From the NCBI GenBank assembly GCA_965205975.1, contig OZ242195.1, forward strand, positions 5,248,001 through 5,312,000: DNA of 64,000 nt, written 5' to 3'. The position numbers were made by a program, and so were the translations under genes. Below, in pieces: positions 8,428 to 18,117 of this stretch. The notes under the pieces were generated by a model. It was not told where the DNA came from and did no database searches. It saw nothing but the letters and a program-made list of their open reading frames with translations. Each line of letters begins with the position of its first letter. The stretch's first letter is position 1. The stretch is from Candidatus Latescibacterota bacterium (GTDB lineage: Bacteria > Latescibacterota > UBA2968).

Positions 8428-9097
8428 CTTTTTGTCCCATTTTCTTTTTTAGCGCACTGAGTTCGTCTTCTACTGTGCTTTTGCGCTCGAGTTTGGAAAA
8501 TTCTTCTTCCAGAGAGGGGTCAGCACTCGCCATTTCTTGATGGGCTTCGGCTTCGGCTTCTTCGGTTTCGATGCGCTGACGGAATCGTTCAAAGCTCGAA
8601 AAAGCGTCTTCACCCACTCCTGATAGGCCCCTGGCGATTTGCTTGCGGGCTTCGGCTGCACGGCGGCGAGCAATCAGGGTGCCCTGGCGGGTGCGGGCTT
8701 CGTCGAGTTTAGCTTTGAGTTGGGTGAGTTGTTGTTTGAGTTGGGACGAGGTTTTACGGCTTTCTTCGAGGGCTACTTCGAGGTCGTGCGTGGCTTCCTG
8801 ATTTGCAGCTTTGCGCTCGAGGGCGCGGCGGGCAAGGTCGTCTTCGCCAGATTCAACAGCTAATTCCGCCTTTTTTTGCCATGCTTCAATCTGATCTTGT
8901 TTTTCGAGATATTGTCTTTCCAGGCGTTTTTCATTGGCAACAGCCGTGCCGACTGAGGCAGTGGCTTTGTTGACGGCTTCTTCCATTTCCAGAATCATCT
9001 GGCGGATCATTTTTTCCGGGTCTTCTGCGCGGGTAATCAGGTCGTTGACGTTGGCTTTGACGATGTCAGCCATTCTATAAAAAATTCCGCGTGCCAT
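8420..9097 (-). CDS. pspA: PspA/IM30 (Vipp1/ESCRT-III superfamily) phage shock protein A
   Basis: GIFYRMADIVKANVNDLITRAEDPEKMIRQMILEME...GEDDLARRALERK...FERFRQRIE...LEEEF...VEDELSALKKKM; AAGGAG RBS. Confidence 0.96.
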   Translation of the reverse strand: MARGIFYRMADIVKANVNDLITRAEDPEKMIRQMILEMEEAVNKATASVGTAVANEKRLERQYLEKQDQIEAWQKKAELAVESGEDDLARRALERKAANQEATHDLEVALEESRKTSSQLKQQLTQLKAKLDEARTRQGTLIARRRAAEARKQIARGLSGVGEDAFSSFERFRQRIETEEAEAEAHQEMASADPSLEEEFSKLERKSTVEDELSALKKKMGQKDA

Positions 9098-9166
9098 GAT
9101 CTGCTCCTTTCACAAGGTGCTGCATTTATGGGGATTCTGATGTTTTTTGTTGTCGCACTCTTTTTA

Positions 9167-9182
9167 TGCAAAGTTTATGCCA
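9167..9182 (-). promoter_or_regulatory. Sigma-54 -24/-12 promoter of the psp operon
   Basis: Minus strand TGGCATAAACTTTGCA matches TGGCACN5TTGCW with exact GG-N10-GC spacing, about 70 nt before the pspA ATG. Confidence 0.85.
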
Positions 9183-9257
9183 GGCGTGCGATATGATATT
9201 AAATGTTGTTTTATATATATATAGATGTTTTTGAGAATTGGGTTGGGTCGATAAAGT

Positions 9258-9294
9258 TGGTGAAAATTCCCATGTGTTCTGGCGAAAGAGACCA
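9258..9294. promoter_or_regulatory. Two candidate enhancer (UAS) boxes for the PspF-like activator
   Basis: TGGTGAAAATTCCCA (9258-9272) and TGGCGAAAGAGACCA (9280-9294) are 15-bp imperfect palindromes 22 bp apart, roughly 100-140 bp upstream of the predicted start. An AT-rich tract (~9195-9232) separates them from the promoter. Confidence 0.6.
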
Positions 9295-9430
9295 AGTTTC
9301 TCATTTTTAGTCGAATATTTTTAGAGGGTCATATCTTGTCTTTTTTTTCTAAAAGGTCTATTATCTATCGGTTTTGTCGCAAGTTGGTCTCAAATACCAT
9401 CACTTTTTCCCTCTACATACTGAATTTTTT

Positions 9431-10903
9431 ATGTTTCGATATATCCGAGTGTCTTTATTGGCTTGCTTCCTTTTGTCGTGTGCGGCACATGCGCCCGCTT
9501 TAACAGAGACTTATGTGGTGCAAAGAGGGGATTCTCTGTGGGAAATTGCCGATCGGTTTTCCATGAGTGTGACCGAACTCAAGCGGAGCAATGGGTTAAA
9601 GTCGCATCACATTTATCCCGGGCAAAGACTGCTCATTCGCTCACAAGGACTTCGCTCTCGTCCTTCCAGTGGGGTAGAATACGTGGTGAGAAGGGGAGAT
9701 TCGCTTTCTAAAATCGCCGTGCGGTATTCTATGAGTGTGACCGAACTGAAGCGGATCAATGGGTTGAGGTCGAATAATATTTATCCCGGACAAAGGCTTC
9801 GCACGCGTTCTTATACTGTGCAATCGTCTCGTACTGTGCAATCGTCTCGCTCCCGTCCATCTTCTGGCTATGTAGAAATGGACTATGTGGTGAGAAGGGG
9901 AGATTCGCTTTCTAAAATTGCCGCGCGATTTTTCACAGATTTGGCCGAACTTAAGCGGAGCAATGGCATCCGGTCGGATCGCATCTATGTGGGCCAGAGG
10001 TTAAAGGTACGGACTCGGCTGCAAAAGATCGCAATAGATAATGGACCGTATTATTTTTCTCGTCCCAAAGCCGCTGTGCAACGCAGTCGGGGATATCGGG
10101 AAGTGTCCTCCAAAAAGCCGATTGAAGATTATAGGAGTGCTCAAAATTTGATGGGCGTGTTTAATGCAAGTATTAATTCTGATATGCGTCGAGATGGCGG
10201 ATCATTGAAAGGCTGGCGCATTGTACTCGACCCGGGGCACGGTGGACGCGATCCGGGTGCTATTGTTTCCAATTTAGATGGCAATAATCGTTCGGTTTAT
10301 GTGGTCGAAGACGAATTTGTTTACGATATTGCGTTGCGTTTGTACCAAAAACTGAGGCTTGCAGGTGCCGAGGTGGAGATGACGGTGATTAGTCCAAATC
10401 ATCTCATTCGGGAAAATAATCCGCCTGCAAGGACGTTTGTACACGAACAAAACGAAGTCTATAACGATGTAAGTGTCAACAGAAGAAATAGTTTTTCAGT
10501 GCGTCCGGGGCTTGACAATATTGTACAAAGGGTAAAAATAGCCAACCGTTTCTTTGCAAGGCGCGGGAAGACTCTGTTTATATCCCTGCATGCAGACAAC
10601 ACTCCCAATCGTCCAAAGGGTCCTCTGGTTATTTATTGGAGCAGGCGCGGGAAGATCGATTCCCGGTCCCGGTTATTTGCACGGATTATGGAAAGGGCAC
10701 TCGATCTGCCAGATGTGTCGGCACAAATTGGGGGGCGCAATCTGGCGGTGTTGCGGGGCAATCTGGCGCAGGCAGAAATTCTGGTGGAGATACGCAATGT
10801 ACACCATAAAGGCGAAGCATGGGCATTGCGTTCTCACAAGATACGCGATTCAGATGCGGATCGCATTTTTCGCGGGATATTAAATTACGCGAAGAGGTAT
10901 TAG
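9431..10903 (+). CDS. Secreted N-acetylmuramoyl-L-alanine amidase (Amidase_3) with three LysM domains
   Basis: Signal peptide; three Y-V-V-x-R-G-D-S-L...IY(P/V)GQRL LysM repeats; LDPGHGGRDPGA, ISLHAD and ILVE Zn/catalytic motifs. Confidence 0.9.
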   Translation: MFRYIRVSLLACFLLSCAAHAPALTETYVVQRGDSLWEIADRFSMSVTELKRSNGLKSHHIYPGQRLLIRSQGLRSRPSSGVEYVVRRGDSLSKIAVRYSMSVTELKRINGLRSNNIYPGQRLRTRSYTVQSSRTVQSSRSRPSSGYVEMDYVVRRGDSLSKIAARFFTDLAELKRSNGIRSDRIYVGQRLKVRTRLQKIAIDNGPYYFSRPKAAVQRSRGYREVSSKKPIEDYRSAQNLMGVFNASINSDMRRDGGSLKGWRIVLDPGHGGRDPGAIVSNLDGNNRSVYVVEDEFVYDIALRLYQKLRLAGAEVEMTVISPNHLIRENNPPARTFVHEQNEVYNDVSVNRRNSFSVRPGLDNIVQRVKIANRFFARRGKTLFISLHADNTPNRPKGPLVIYWSRRGKIDSRSRLFARIMERALDLPDVSAQIGGRNLAVLRGNLAQAEILVEIRNVHHKGEAWALRSHKIRDSDADRIFRGILNYAKRY

Positions 10904-10907
10904 GATA

Positions 10908-13094
10908 TTACGGAGAAAATCGCTTTAGGCGCAGGGCATTGGTGACAACGGAGACAGAAGAGAGGGCCATAGCAGCTGCGGCGAGCATGGGACCACCCAG
11001 GGGATTGAGCAGGCCCAGCGCAGCAACGGGAATTAGAAGGGTGTTGTAGGCAAATGCCCAGAAGAGATTTTGGCGAATGACGCGCATGGTTTGTCGCGAT
11101 AGCCGGATAGATGTGGCTATGACCGACAGGTTGCCCGACATGAGGATCATGCCCGCGCTTTCTATGGCAATGTCTGTGCCCGAACTCAGGGCGATGCCGA
11201 CATTGGCCTGGGCGAGTGCAGGGGCGTCGTTGATGCCATCGCCAACCATGCCCACGTTTACATTTTTTTTCTGGAGTTGCGCGATTTTTTGAGCTTTGTC
11301 CTGGGGTAGAACTTCGGCAAATACCTGATCGATGTTGAGCTGTTGTCCAATGGCTTTGGCCGTGCGCGCATTGTCGCCTGTCACGAGGGAGACTTCAAGG
11401 TTCAGATGCTGGAGGTCATGAACGGCTTGCGCGGCGTCGGCTTTCAGGTTGTCTGAAATAGCGATGAGGCCTGCGGGCTGATCATTGACGGTGACGAATA
11501 CGGTGGTTTTGCCCTCGGCTTCGAGTTTTTCGGCTGGATATTTTGCGCGGTCAGATATGGTGCGTGGGTTGCTGAGTACGACGCGCTGTCCGTCAATTGT
11601 GGCGGCGACGCCAACGCCGGGCAGGGCTTCAAAATCTGTGGTTGGATGCAGGGAAAGATTGGCTTCTTGCGCGGCGTGAACAATGGCTTCGCCAAGGGGA
11701 TGTTCCGATCCTTTTTCTGCAGAGGCTGCGAGTGTGAGTATGTGATCGGGATGGTAATTTTTTGCGGGGATAATATCGGTGACAGTGGGTTTTCCCTCTG
11801 TTAGTGTGCCTGTTTTGTCCAGGACAATGGCATTGAGGCGGTGTGCATTTTCGAGCACATCGCCTCCTTTTATGAGGATGCCGAGTTGCGCGCCCCGTCC
11901 TGTGCCGACTGCGATGGCTGTGGGCGTGGCCAATCCCATTGCACAAGGGCATGCGATGATGAGGACGACTACGGCATTGATGAGGGCGGTTTCGATCCCA
12001 GAGCCAAAAATCCACCACAGGGTACAGGTCAGCAGGGCGATAACGAAGATTATCGGGACAAAGATGCTGGCGACGCGGTCGGCGAGGTGTTGTATGGGCG
12101 CTTTGGACCCCTGCGCTTGTCGCACGAGATCGATGATTTGAGACAAGACGGTATCGGCACCGATCTGTGTTGCTTTGAAGATAAAACTGCCGGTTGTGTT
12201 GCGCGTGCCGCCTGTGATTTTGTCGCCTGATTGTTTGTCAACAGGTAAGGATTCGCCCGTGAGCATGGATTCGTCAATTGCGGATTGTCCATTTTGTATG
12301 AGGCCATCGACAGGGATGTTTTCACCGGGGCGAACGCGAATGTGGTCACCGACCTGGATGTGTTCAACGGGCGTTTCAACATCCCGTCCGTTGCGAACGA
12401 TGTGGGCAGTTTTCGGGCGCAGGTCGAGGAGTTTTCGGATGGCGGAGGATGTTTGGCTCCTGGCGCGCGTTTCGAGCAAACGACCGAGCAGGACAAGTGT
12501 AATGATCATGGCAGAGGTGTCGAAGTAGGTCTGGATATTCTGCGTGCCGAGGGGGATAAAGGTTACTGCGGCGCTGTAAAAGTAAGCGGCGAGAGTTCCC
12601 GCAGCTATCAGGCTGTTCATGTCGGCTGTGCGATGGCGCAGCGCAGCCCATGCCCCTTTGAGAAAACGCCAGCCACACAAGAATTGAACTGGTGTGGCCA
12701 ATGCAAAGAGCAATATGTGAATATAATGGGGAGGTATGTTCGCTCCCCATATGGTACGGGTCATGCCCGTCGCCATGATGAGTGCAGAGAGGATTGCGGC
12801 GATAGTGAATAGAGAACGCAGCTTGCGATATTCGATTGTGCGTCCGATTTGATCGGCGTCTTCCGAAGTGTGAGGGGAGGCTTCGTAACCGGCACTGGAG
12901 ACGGCATCCACGAGTGTGTTTATGAGGACGGCTTTGTGGTGAACCGTGGCCTGATGGGTGGCAAAGTTGACCTGGGCATCTGCGACGCCGGGGATGGTTT
13001 TGAGGGCATCTTCAACTCGCGCCACACACGCGGCACAACTCATGCCTTCGATGGAGAGGGTCAGGGTTTGCATGGGGTGTTCGGTTTTTGTCAT
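10908..13094 (-). CDS. copA: Cu(I)-translocating P1B-1 ATPase
   Basis: HMA GMSCAAC, TGES, CPC, DKTGT, SEHP, GDGIND, YN and MALSS motifs. Confidence 0.95.
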   Translation of the reverse strand: MTKTEHPMQTLTLSIEGMSCAACVARVEDALKTIPGVADAQVNFATHQATVHHKAVLINTLVDAVSSAGYEASPHTSEDADQIGRTIEYRKLRSLFTIAAILSALIMATGMTRTIWGANIPPHYIHILLFALATPVQFLCGWRFLKGAWAALRHRTADMNSLIAAGTLAAYFYSAAVTFIPLGTQNIQTYFDTSAMIITLVLLGRLLETRARSQTSSAIRKLLDLRPKTAHIVRNGRDVETPVEHIQVGDHIRVRPGENIPVDGLIQNGQSAIDESMLTGESLPVDKQSGDKITGGTRNTTGSFIFKATQIGADTVLSQIIDLVRQAQGSKAPIQHLADRVASIFVPIIFVIALLTCTLWWIFGSGIETALINAVVVLIIACPCAMGLATPTAIAVGTGRGAQLGILIKGGDVLENAHRLNAIVLDKTGTLTEGKPTVTDIIPAKNYHPDHILTLAASAEKGSEHPLGEAIVHAAQEANLSLHPTTDFEALPGVGVAATIDGQRVVLSNPRTISDRAKYPAEKLEAEGKTTVFVTVNDQPAGLIAISDNLKADAAQAVHDLQHLNLEVSLVTGDNARTAKAIGQQLNIDQVFAEVLPQDKAQKIAQLQKKNVNVGMVGDGINDAPALAQANVGIALSSGTDIAIESAGMILMSGNLSVIATSIRLSRQTMRVIRQNLFWAFAYNTLLIPVAALGLLNPLGGPMLAAAAMALSSVSVVTNALRLKRFSP

Positions 13095-13114
13095 GGGTAG
13101 TGGTGAATGCTATT

Positions 13115-14233
13115 TTATTTGAGGTTTTCGGGGTTTAGTCCTTTGAGGTCCTCTACGACAAAACGCCCGTCTTTGCGAATGCACTCGTCATCGAAGTAGA
13201 TTTCTCCACCGCCGTATTCGGGAGTTTGGATGAAGACCATGTCCCAGTGTACAGCAGAGCGGTTGCCGTTGTCGGCGTCATCTTGATAGGCATTGCCAGG
13301 TGTAAAGTGGAATGATCCCGATATTTTTTCGTCGAAGAGAATATCGAGCATAGGCGATGTGATATAGGGGTTGAATGCGATGGCAAATTCGCCAATATAA
13401 CGCGCGCCTTCATCGGTGTTGAGAATATCGTTGAGTTTGGCGGTATTGTTCGAGGTCGCGTCGATGATTTTGCCCGCTTTAAAGGTCAGTTTGATATCTG
13501 AGAATGTCGTACCGCGATAGATGGTGGGGACGTTGAAATGGATGTGACCATTTACGGAGTTTTTAACCGGAGCAGTGAAGCACTCGCCATCGGGGATGTT
13601 GCGAAGCCCCGTACACGGTCTGACCGGTATGTCTTTGATGCTAAAAGATAGATCGGTATCGACTCCGGTGATGCGCACGCGGTCGGTTTGTTCCATGCGT
13701 TTTTTAAGGGGTACAACAGCTTCGGCCATTTTGCCATAGTCGAGCGTGCAGACGTCAAAATAAAAATTTTCAAATGCTTCGGTACTTTGTTGCGCCTGTT
13801 GTGCCATCGAAGGCGTGGGCCATCGCAAGACCACCCATTTTGTGTGCGGTACGCGGATGGCAAAATGCACGGGTTTGAGCCAGTGTTTTTCGTAGATATC
13901 CATCGCGGTACTGGATACATCTGATAATTCTGAGATGTTGCGGCTGCCGCGCAGACCGATGTAGGCCTGTACGCGCTTCATTCGGTAGGCTTCATAATCA
14001 CCTGCTTGTTGCATGGTGGCGATATCGCCTGCATGGATGAGTTCGCGTTGGATGCGGTTATTTTTAATGGATGTTAGGGGAATGCCGCCAACTTCGCGCA
14101 CTTTGCGAATGAGTGCAATGATCATGTCTTCGGGCATGTCGTAGCCCTGAATGAGGACGGTTTCACCCGCTTGTAACTTCGTGGAATGGCGAATTAGGAC
14201 ATCGGCGAGTTTTTCAAGTCGGGGATCTTGCAT
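13115..14233 (-). CDS. M29 aminopeptidase (AmpS/aminopeptidase T family)
   Basis: Start at MQDPRLEKLA (14233); NIPDGECFTAP, DEGARYIGEFAI, LFDEKISGSFHFTPGNAY, NRSAVHWD. Confidence 0.92.
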   Translation of the reverse strand: MQDPRLEKLADVLIRHSTKLQAGETVLIQGYDMPEDMIIALIRKVREVGGIPLTSIKNNRIQRELIHAGDIATMQQAGDYEAYRMKRVQAYIGLRGSRNISELSDVSSTAMDIYEKHWLKPVHFAIRVPHTKWVVLRWPTPSMAQQAQQSTEAFENFYFDVCTLDYGKMAEAVVPLKKRMEQTDRVRITGVDTDLSFSIKDIPVRPCTGLRNIPDGECFTAPVKNSVNGHIHFNVPTIYRGTTFSDIKLTFKAGKIIDATSNNTAKLNDILNTDEGARYIGEFAIAFNPYITSPMLDILFDEKISGSFHFTPGNAYQDDADNGNRSAVHWDMVFIQTPEYGGGEIYFDDECIRKDGRFVVEDLKGLNPENLK

Positions 14234-14324
14234 AAAATTTCCTCGGAAGGATCGCGGTTGATGTTGATATAAATAGAAAAATAACACATAATATGTTTGT
14301 AATCCATATTTTTTATAGAGAGTT

Positions 14325-14351
14325 GTAGGGGCGGTGCCCCTGTGCCCGCCC
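14325..14351 (+). repeat. GTAG-type REP palindrome
   Basis: GTAGGGGCGG-TGCCCCTGTGC-CCGCCC: GTAG followed by a GC-rich hairpin. Confidence 0.65.
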
Positions 14352-14365
14352 GTTGGGTATATCAC

Positions 14366-15139
14366 ATGAAATTTAGACCGTGTATTGATTTGAAAGATGG
14401 CCGGGTTGTACAAATCGTGGGGGGCACGTTGCGCGATGGGAATACCCAGCACACGGTGACGAATTTTGAGACCGAGCGTTCTCCTGCGGATTATGCCCGG
14501 CTGTATCGCGAGGATGAATTTTTTGGAGGCCATGTAATTGCGCTTGGTCCGGGCAATGATGCGGCGGCATTGGAGGCTTTGTCGGCATTTCCCAGGGGTC
14601 TGCATATGGGTGGGGGTATCACGCCACATAATGCGGAAAAATTCTTGCAGGCAGGCGCGAGCCATGTGATTGTGACGTCTTATGTTTTCCGCGATGGGCA
14701 AATTGATATGAGGCGGTTGGATGAGATGATACGGGCTGTGGGTAGGGAGCGTTTGGTTCTAGATTTGAGTTGTCGAAAGCGCGATGATAATTATGTTGTT
14801 GTAACGGATCGCTGGCAAAGATTTACGGATGTGACTGTCGGCGAGGAGATATTGCGTACGTTGGCCGGTTATTGTGCTGAGTTTTTGGTGCATGGGGTTG
14901 ATGTAGAGGGCAAACGCGCAGGTGTAGAAGAACCTTTGGTAGAAATATTGGGCAGATGGTCACCCGTGCCGGTAACTTATGCAGGTGGCGTGCGCGAACT
15001 ATCGGATTTGCACCGCGTCAATGTGCTGGGCCAGGGACGGGTAGATCTGACTATTGGCAGTGCGCTGGATATTTTTGGGGGCGATGTGGCATATCGAGAT
15101 GTTGTAGCATGGATGAGAAGTGTGAAGGAAGAAGTGTGA
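14366..15139 (+). CDS. hisA: ProFAR isomerase, eukaryote/His6-type HisA
   Basis: MKFRPCIDLKDGRVVQIVGGTL, GGHVIALG, ASHVIVTSYVF, LVLDLSCRK, EFLVHGVDVEG, VTYAGG, DLTIGSALDIFGG are His6-subfamily signatures. Confidence 0.9.
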   Translation: MKFRPCIDLKDGRVVQIVGGTLRDGNTQHTVTNFETERSPADYARLYREDEFFGGHVIALGPGNDAAALEALSAFPRGLHMGGGITPHNAEKFLQAGASHVIVTSYVFRDGQIDMRRLDEMIRAVGRERLVLDLSCRKRDDNYVVVTDRWQRFTDVTVGEEILRTLAGYCAEFLVHGVDVEGKRAGVEEPLVEILGRWSPVPVTYAGGVRELSDLHRVNVLGQGRVDLTIGSALDIFGGDVAYRDVVAWMRSVKEEV

Positions 15140-15148
15140 AGTGTGAAT

Positions 15149-15204
15149 GTAGGGGCGAAAAATCTTTCGCCCGTTGTTGTAGGGGCAATCCCTCGTGGTT
15201 GCCC
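15149..15204 (+). repeat. Two tandem GTAG-type REP palindromes
   Basis: GTAGGGGCGAAAAATCTTTCGCCC (15149-15172) and GTAGGGGCAATCCCTCGTGGTTGCCC (15179-15204). Confidence 0.7.
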
Positions 15205-15232
15205 GCTTTTGTAAGATACAGGAAGAAGTGCG

Positions 15233-16222
15233 ATGGATCGGTTTAAGGATATCGGAGAGTTCGGTTTTATTGATCGCATTGCCGCGCACGCACAGCGCGA
15301 TCGGGTTCTGTGTGGGATTGGGGATGATTGCGCTGTTATGGCTGCCGGGCAGGAGCGCGTGCGATTGGTGACGGTTGATGCCATGGTTGAGGGCGTACAC
15401 TTTGTGCCACAGGCACCGCCAGAAGGCGTGGGGTACAAATTACTGGCCGCGAGTTTGTCCGATGTGGCCGCTATGGGCGGGAAACCGACTGATGCTGTTG
15501 TGGCGGTTAGCGCGTCAGGTGATTGTGATGCGGGATATGTGGAGCGAATTTACAACGGGCTTTTTGCCTGTGCAGATCGATTTGATGTGGCTGTTGTGGG
15601 CGGTGATACAACGCGCACGTCTGGTGCGCTGGTTTTGAGTTTGACGCTTACGGGTGAGATGGCGCGAGATCAGGTGTGTTATCGGTCTGGCGCACAAGTG
15701 GGTGATGCGGTCTATGTATCGGGGACGTTGGGCGATGCTGCAGGTGGTTTGGGAGTGGTATTGGGTGACGTGGATCTGCCGGGCAAGGTGCGGACAGCGT
15801 TGTTACAAAGGCATTATCGACCCGAGCCGCGGTTGGATTTGGGACAGGCGTTGGCGGAAACAGGTGCGGTGACCGCAATGATTGATGTGTCGGATGGGTT
15901 GGCTTCAGATTTGAGCCATATTTGTCGACAAAGTGGCGTGTCGGCTGTGATTCGAGCCGCGGCGATTCCCTTGTCGCGGGCGTTTGTAAAATTTTGTGAA
16001 GTGAGTGGCAAAGAAAAATCGGATCTCGCACTTACTGGTGGGGAAGATTTCGAGTTGCTATTTTCTGTGTCACACACACAGGTCGATAAGGTGGAGGCAT
16101 TGGCGTATTCGATTTGCCGCATTGGCGAGATTGTGGCTGGCGACGACAGTGTGATGATAGAAGGTGAGGATGGAAAGCGCGTGCCATTAGAACAACTGGG
16201 TTATGATCATTTTGAGAGCTAA
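15233..16222 (+). CDS. thiL: Thiamine-monophosphate kinase
   Basis: GEFGFI, GIGDDCA, DAMVEGVHF, LSDVAAMGG, GGDTT, IDVSDGL, GGEDFELLF, GYDHF. Confidence 0.95.
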   Translation: MDRFKDIGEFGFIDRIAAHAQRDRVLCGIGDDCAVMAAGQERVRLVTVDAMVEGVHFVPQAPPEGVGYKLLAASLSDVAAMGGKPTDAVVAVSASGDCDAGYVERIYNGLFACADRFDVAVVGGDTTRTSGALVLSLTLTGEMARDQVCYRSGAQVGDAVYVSGTLGDAAGGLGVVLGDVDLPGKVRTALLQRHYRPEPRLDLGQALAETGAVTAMIDVSDGLASDLSHICRQSGVSAVIRAAAIPLSRAFVKFCEVSGKEKSDLALTGGEDFELLFSVSHTQVDKVEALAYSICRIGEIVAGDDSVMIEGEDGKRVPLEQLGYDHFES

Positions 16223-16560
16223 TTGTTGACCACGCGTTGTCGCTGGCGTTTTTTTTCCGAGCGCTGGCGTTTTTTTTCAAGGCGTTTTTCGATTGAAGAT
16301 CGGTTGGGGCGGGTTTTAATACGCGGTTTGCGCTTTTTGTTGCGCTCGTTCAGGCGGTTTTGCAAACGCTCGAGGGCGAGTTGTTTGTTGCGGTGTTGTG
16401 AGCGGTGTTCTGTGGCGATGACTACAATACCCGTGGGTATGTGGATTGCGCGCACGGCGGTTTCAACTTTGTTGCGATGTTGGCCGCCGGGGCCAGACCC
16501 GCGCATGGTTTGAAATCGAACATTCTTCAGGAGCGCGTTGTTGTCGGTGTTTTTGGACAT
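16219..16560 (-). CDS. Stand-alone GGQ peptidyl-tRNA hydrolase (ArfB/RF-like ribosome rescue factor)
   Basis: RGSGPGGQHRNKVETAVR, RSQHRNK and a basic tail KTRPNRSSIEKRLEKKRQRSEKK. Confidence 0.85.
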   Translation of the reverse strand: MSKNTDNNALLKNVRFQTMRGSGPGGQHRNKVETAVRAIHIPTGIVVIATEHRSQHRNKQLALERLQNRLNERNKKRKPRIKTRPNRSSIEKRLEKKRQRSEKKRQRQRVVNN

Positions 16561-16570
16561 TTTGAATTAT

Positions 16571-16634
16571 AAAAAAATAAGCGGTCAGTTTTTAATGATC
16601 ACCCATGAGACGTGATGGCGCAAAACTGACCGCT
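16571..16634 (-). terminator. Intrinsic terminator after the S1-domain gene
   Basis: AGCGGTCAGTTTT / AAAACTGACCGCT inverted repeat, followed on the minus strand by TATTTTTTT. Confidence 0.55.
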
Positions 16635-16647
16635 GAATTTTAATAGC

Positions 16648-17925
16648 TCAGGCCAGTCCTGCACGACGAAGGGCGTCGGCCATGGCATTGTCGCTTTGAG
16701 ACTCTTGCGTTTGCTTGGATTTGAATGCGGCCATATCCTCAATTTCCGCAGTTTGCCTATCTTGTTCTTCGATGGCGCGCATCGAAAGTGAGATGCGTTT
16801 TTTATCCGAATCGATTTCGCGGATCAAGGCTTTGACTTCTTGACCGGCTGAAACGACTTCGCTGGGGTTTGAGATGCGTTTTCTCGAAACGAACTGCGAG
16901 ATGTGGATCAGCCCCTCAATACCGGGTTCAATTTCGACAAAGGCACCAAAGTTTTGGATTGAAACGACTTTGCCTGTGATGATGCTGCCCGATTGGTAGC
17001 GCTCTGCTACCGTATCCCAGGGGTCTTTTTCCAGTGCTTTGATGGAGAGCGATATACGCTCATTTTTTTTCCCCAAATTTTTGAGGCCGATTATTTTGAC
17101 GCGCACTTCTTCGCCTTTTTTTAAGACGCTGCGCGGATTTTCTACGCGGGTGTGGCTGATTTCCGAGACGTGTACCAGGCCTTCAACGCCTCCGAGGTCA
17201 ACAAAAGAGCCGAAGCGTTCTATACGTGTAATAGTTCCCGTTCTTTCTTCACCTTCCGAGAGTTGCTGGCGCATCTCGTCGGCTTTTTTGCGGTTTTCTT
17301 CTTCCAGATAAGCGCGGCGTGAAACGACGACATTGTTGCGTCCCCGCAGTTCAACAATTTTGAAGTTGTGGGTTTGGCCTGCATACGAAGCCGGGTCGTC
17401 GCAATATCCCGTGTCAATTTGCGACATGGGGCAGAATGCGCGAAGGCCGCCGATATTTACCACAAGGCCTCCGGTGTTGAAGCCAGTGACTTTGCCGGCG
17501 ATGGGCATGTCGTTTTGATGTGCTTGACGCAGGAGTTGACGGCTGGAAACGCGCAACGAAAATGCCAGGCGTATTTCGCCATCGGTGTTGGCGACGAAGG
17601 CTTCGATGGTATCGCCAGTTTTATATTTTAATTCGCCCGATTCGTCGCGAAGTTCTTGAATGTCTATTGATGCTTCACTGCGTCCTCCAAAGTCGATAAA
17701 TGCTGTAGAGTCACCGATTTCGCGGATGGTTCCGGTGATTTTATCGCCAGTAGAGACTTCGCGGTAATTTTGCTTATCGCTTTCTTCGAGCAGTGTGGCA
17801 AATTCGGTATCAGGTGTGTCTTCAGCGTATTTTTTGTCGAGTTCTTCGACAGTGGGCGCGTCGTCTGAAGGGGCAGGAGATGGTTTATCGCCAGCCGTTT
17901 CGCCTTTTTTTTCGAGGGTGCTCAT
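16648..17925 (-). CDS. Four-S1-domain RNA-binding protein (RpsA-like)
   Basis: Four S1 repeats (e.g. FGSFVDLGGVEGLVHVSEIS, FGAFVEIEPGIEGLIHISQF); start probably MSTLEKK at 17925. Confidence 0.88.
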   Translation of the reverse strand: MSTLEKKGETAGDKPSPAPSDDAPTVEELDKKYAEDTPDTEFATLLEESDKQNYREVSTGDKITGTIREIGDSTAFIDFGGRSEASIDIQELRDESGELKYKTGDTIEAFVANTDGEIRLAFSLRVSSRQLLRQAHQNDMPIAGKVTGFNTGGLVVNIGGLRAFCPMSQIDTGYCDDPASYAGQTHNFKIVELRGRNNVVVSRRAYLEEENRKKADEMRQQLSEGEERTGTITRIERFGSFVDLGGVEGLVHVSEISHTRVENPRSVLKKGEEVRVKIIGLKNLGKKNERISLSIKALEKDPWDTVAERYQSGSIITGKVVSIQNFGAFVEIEPGIEGLIHISQFVSRKRISNPSEVVSAGQEVKALIREIDSDKKRISLSMRAIEEQDRQTAEIEDMAAFKSKQTQESQSDNAMADALRRAGLA

Positions 17926-18117
17926 AGTTTGTGACCTGTGGAATTGTTTTCGAGGGACGGGGATTATTAGACAGAACAAATAATCTATAAAGGATACCGA
18001 AAATAAGCAACCAAATTTTCCTCCTCAGGTGGGCGTTTAAATTCACTCGGGTCTTGTGCCTTCCAAAAAAAAGTGACATTTTGATCTATGTGATGTGTTA
18101 AAAAATAAAGCGATGGA

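Noticed and set aside
9813..9850. 18-bp duplication (TVQSSR x2) in the amidase
   Set aside because: Small in-frame linker duplication with no evident consequence.
14234..14701. N-terminal extension of the aminopeptidase ORF (likewise 31186-31392, 42218-42319, 44883-44963)
   Set aside because: These extensions overlap neighbouring genes or precede the RBS-supported start; family homology begins at the downstream start.
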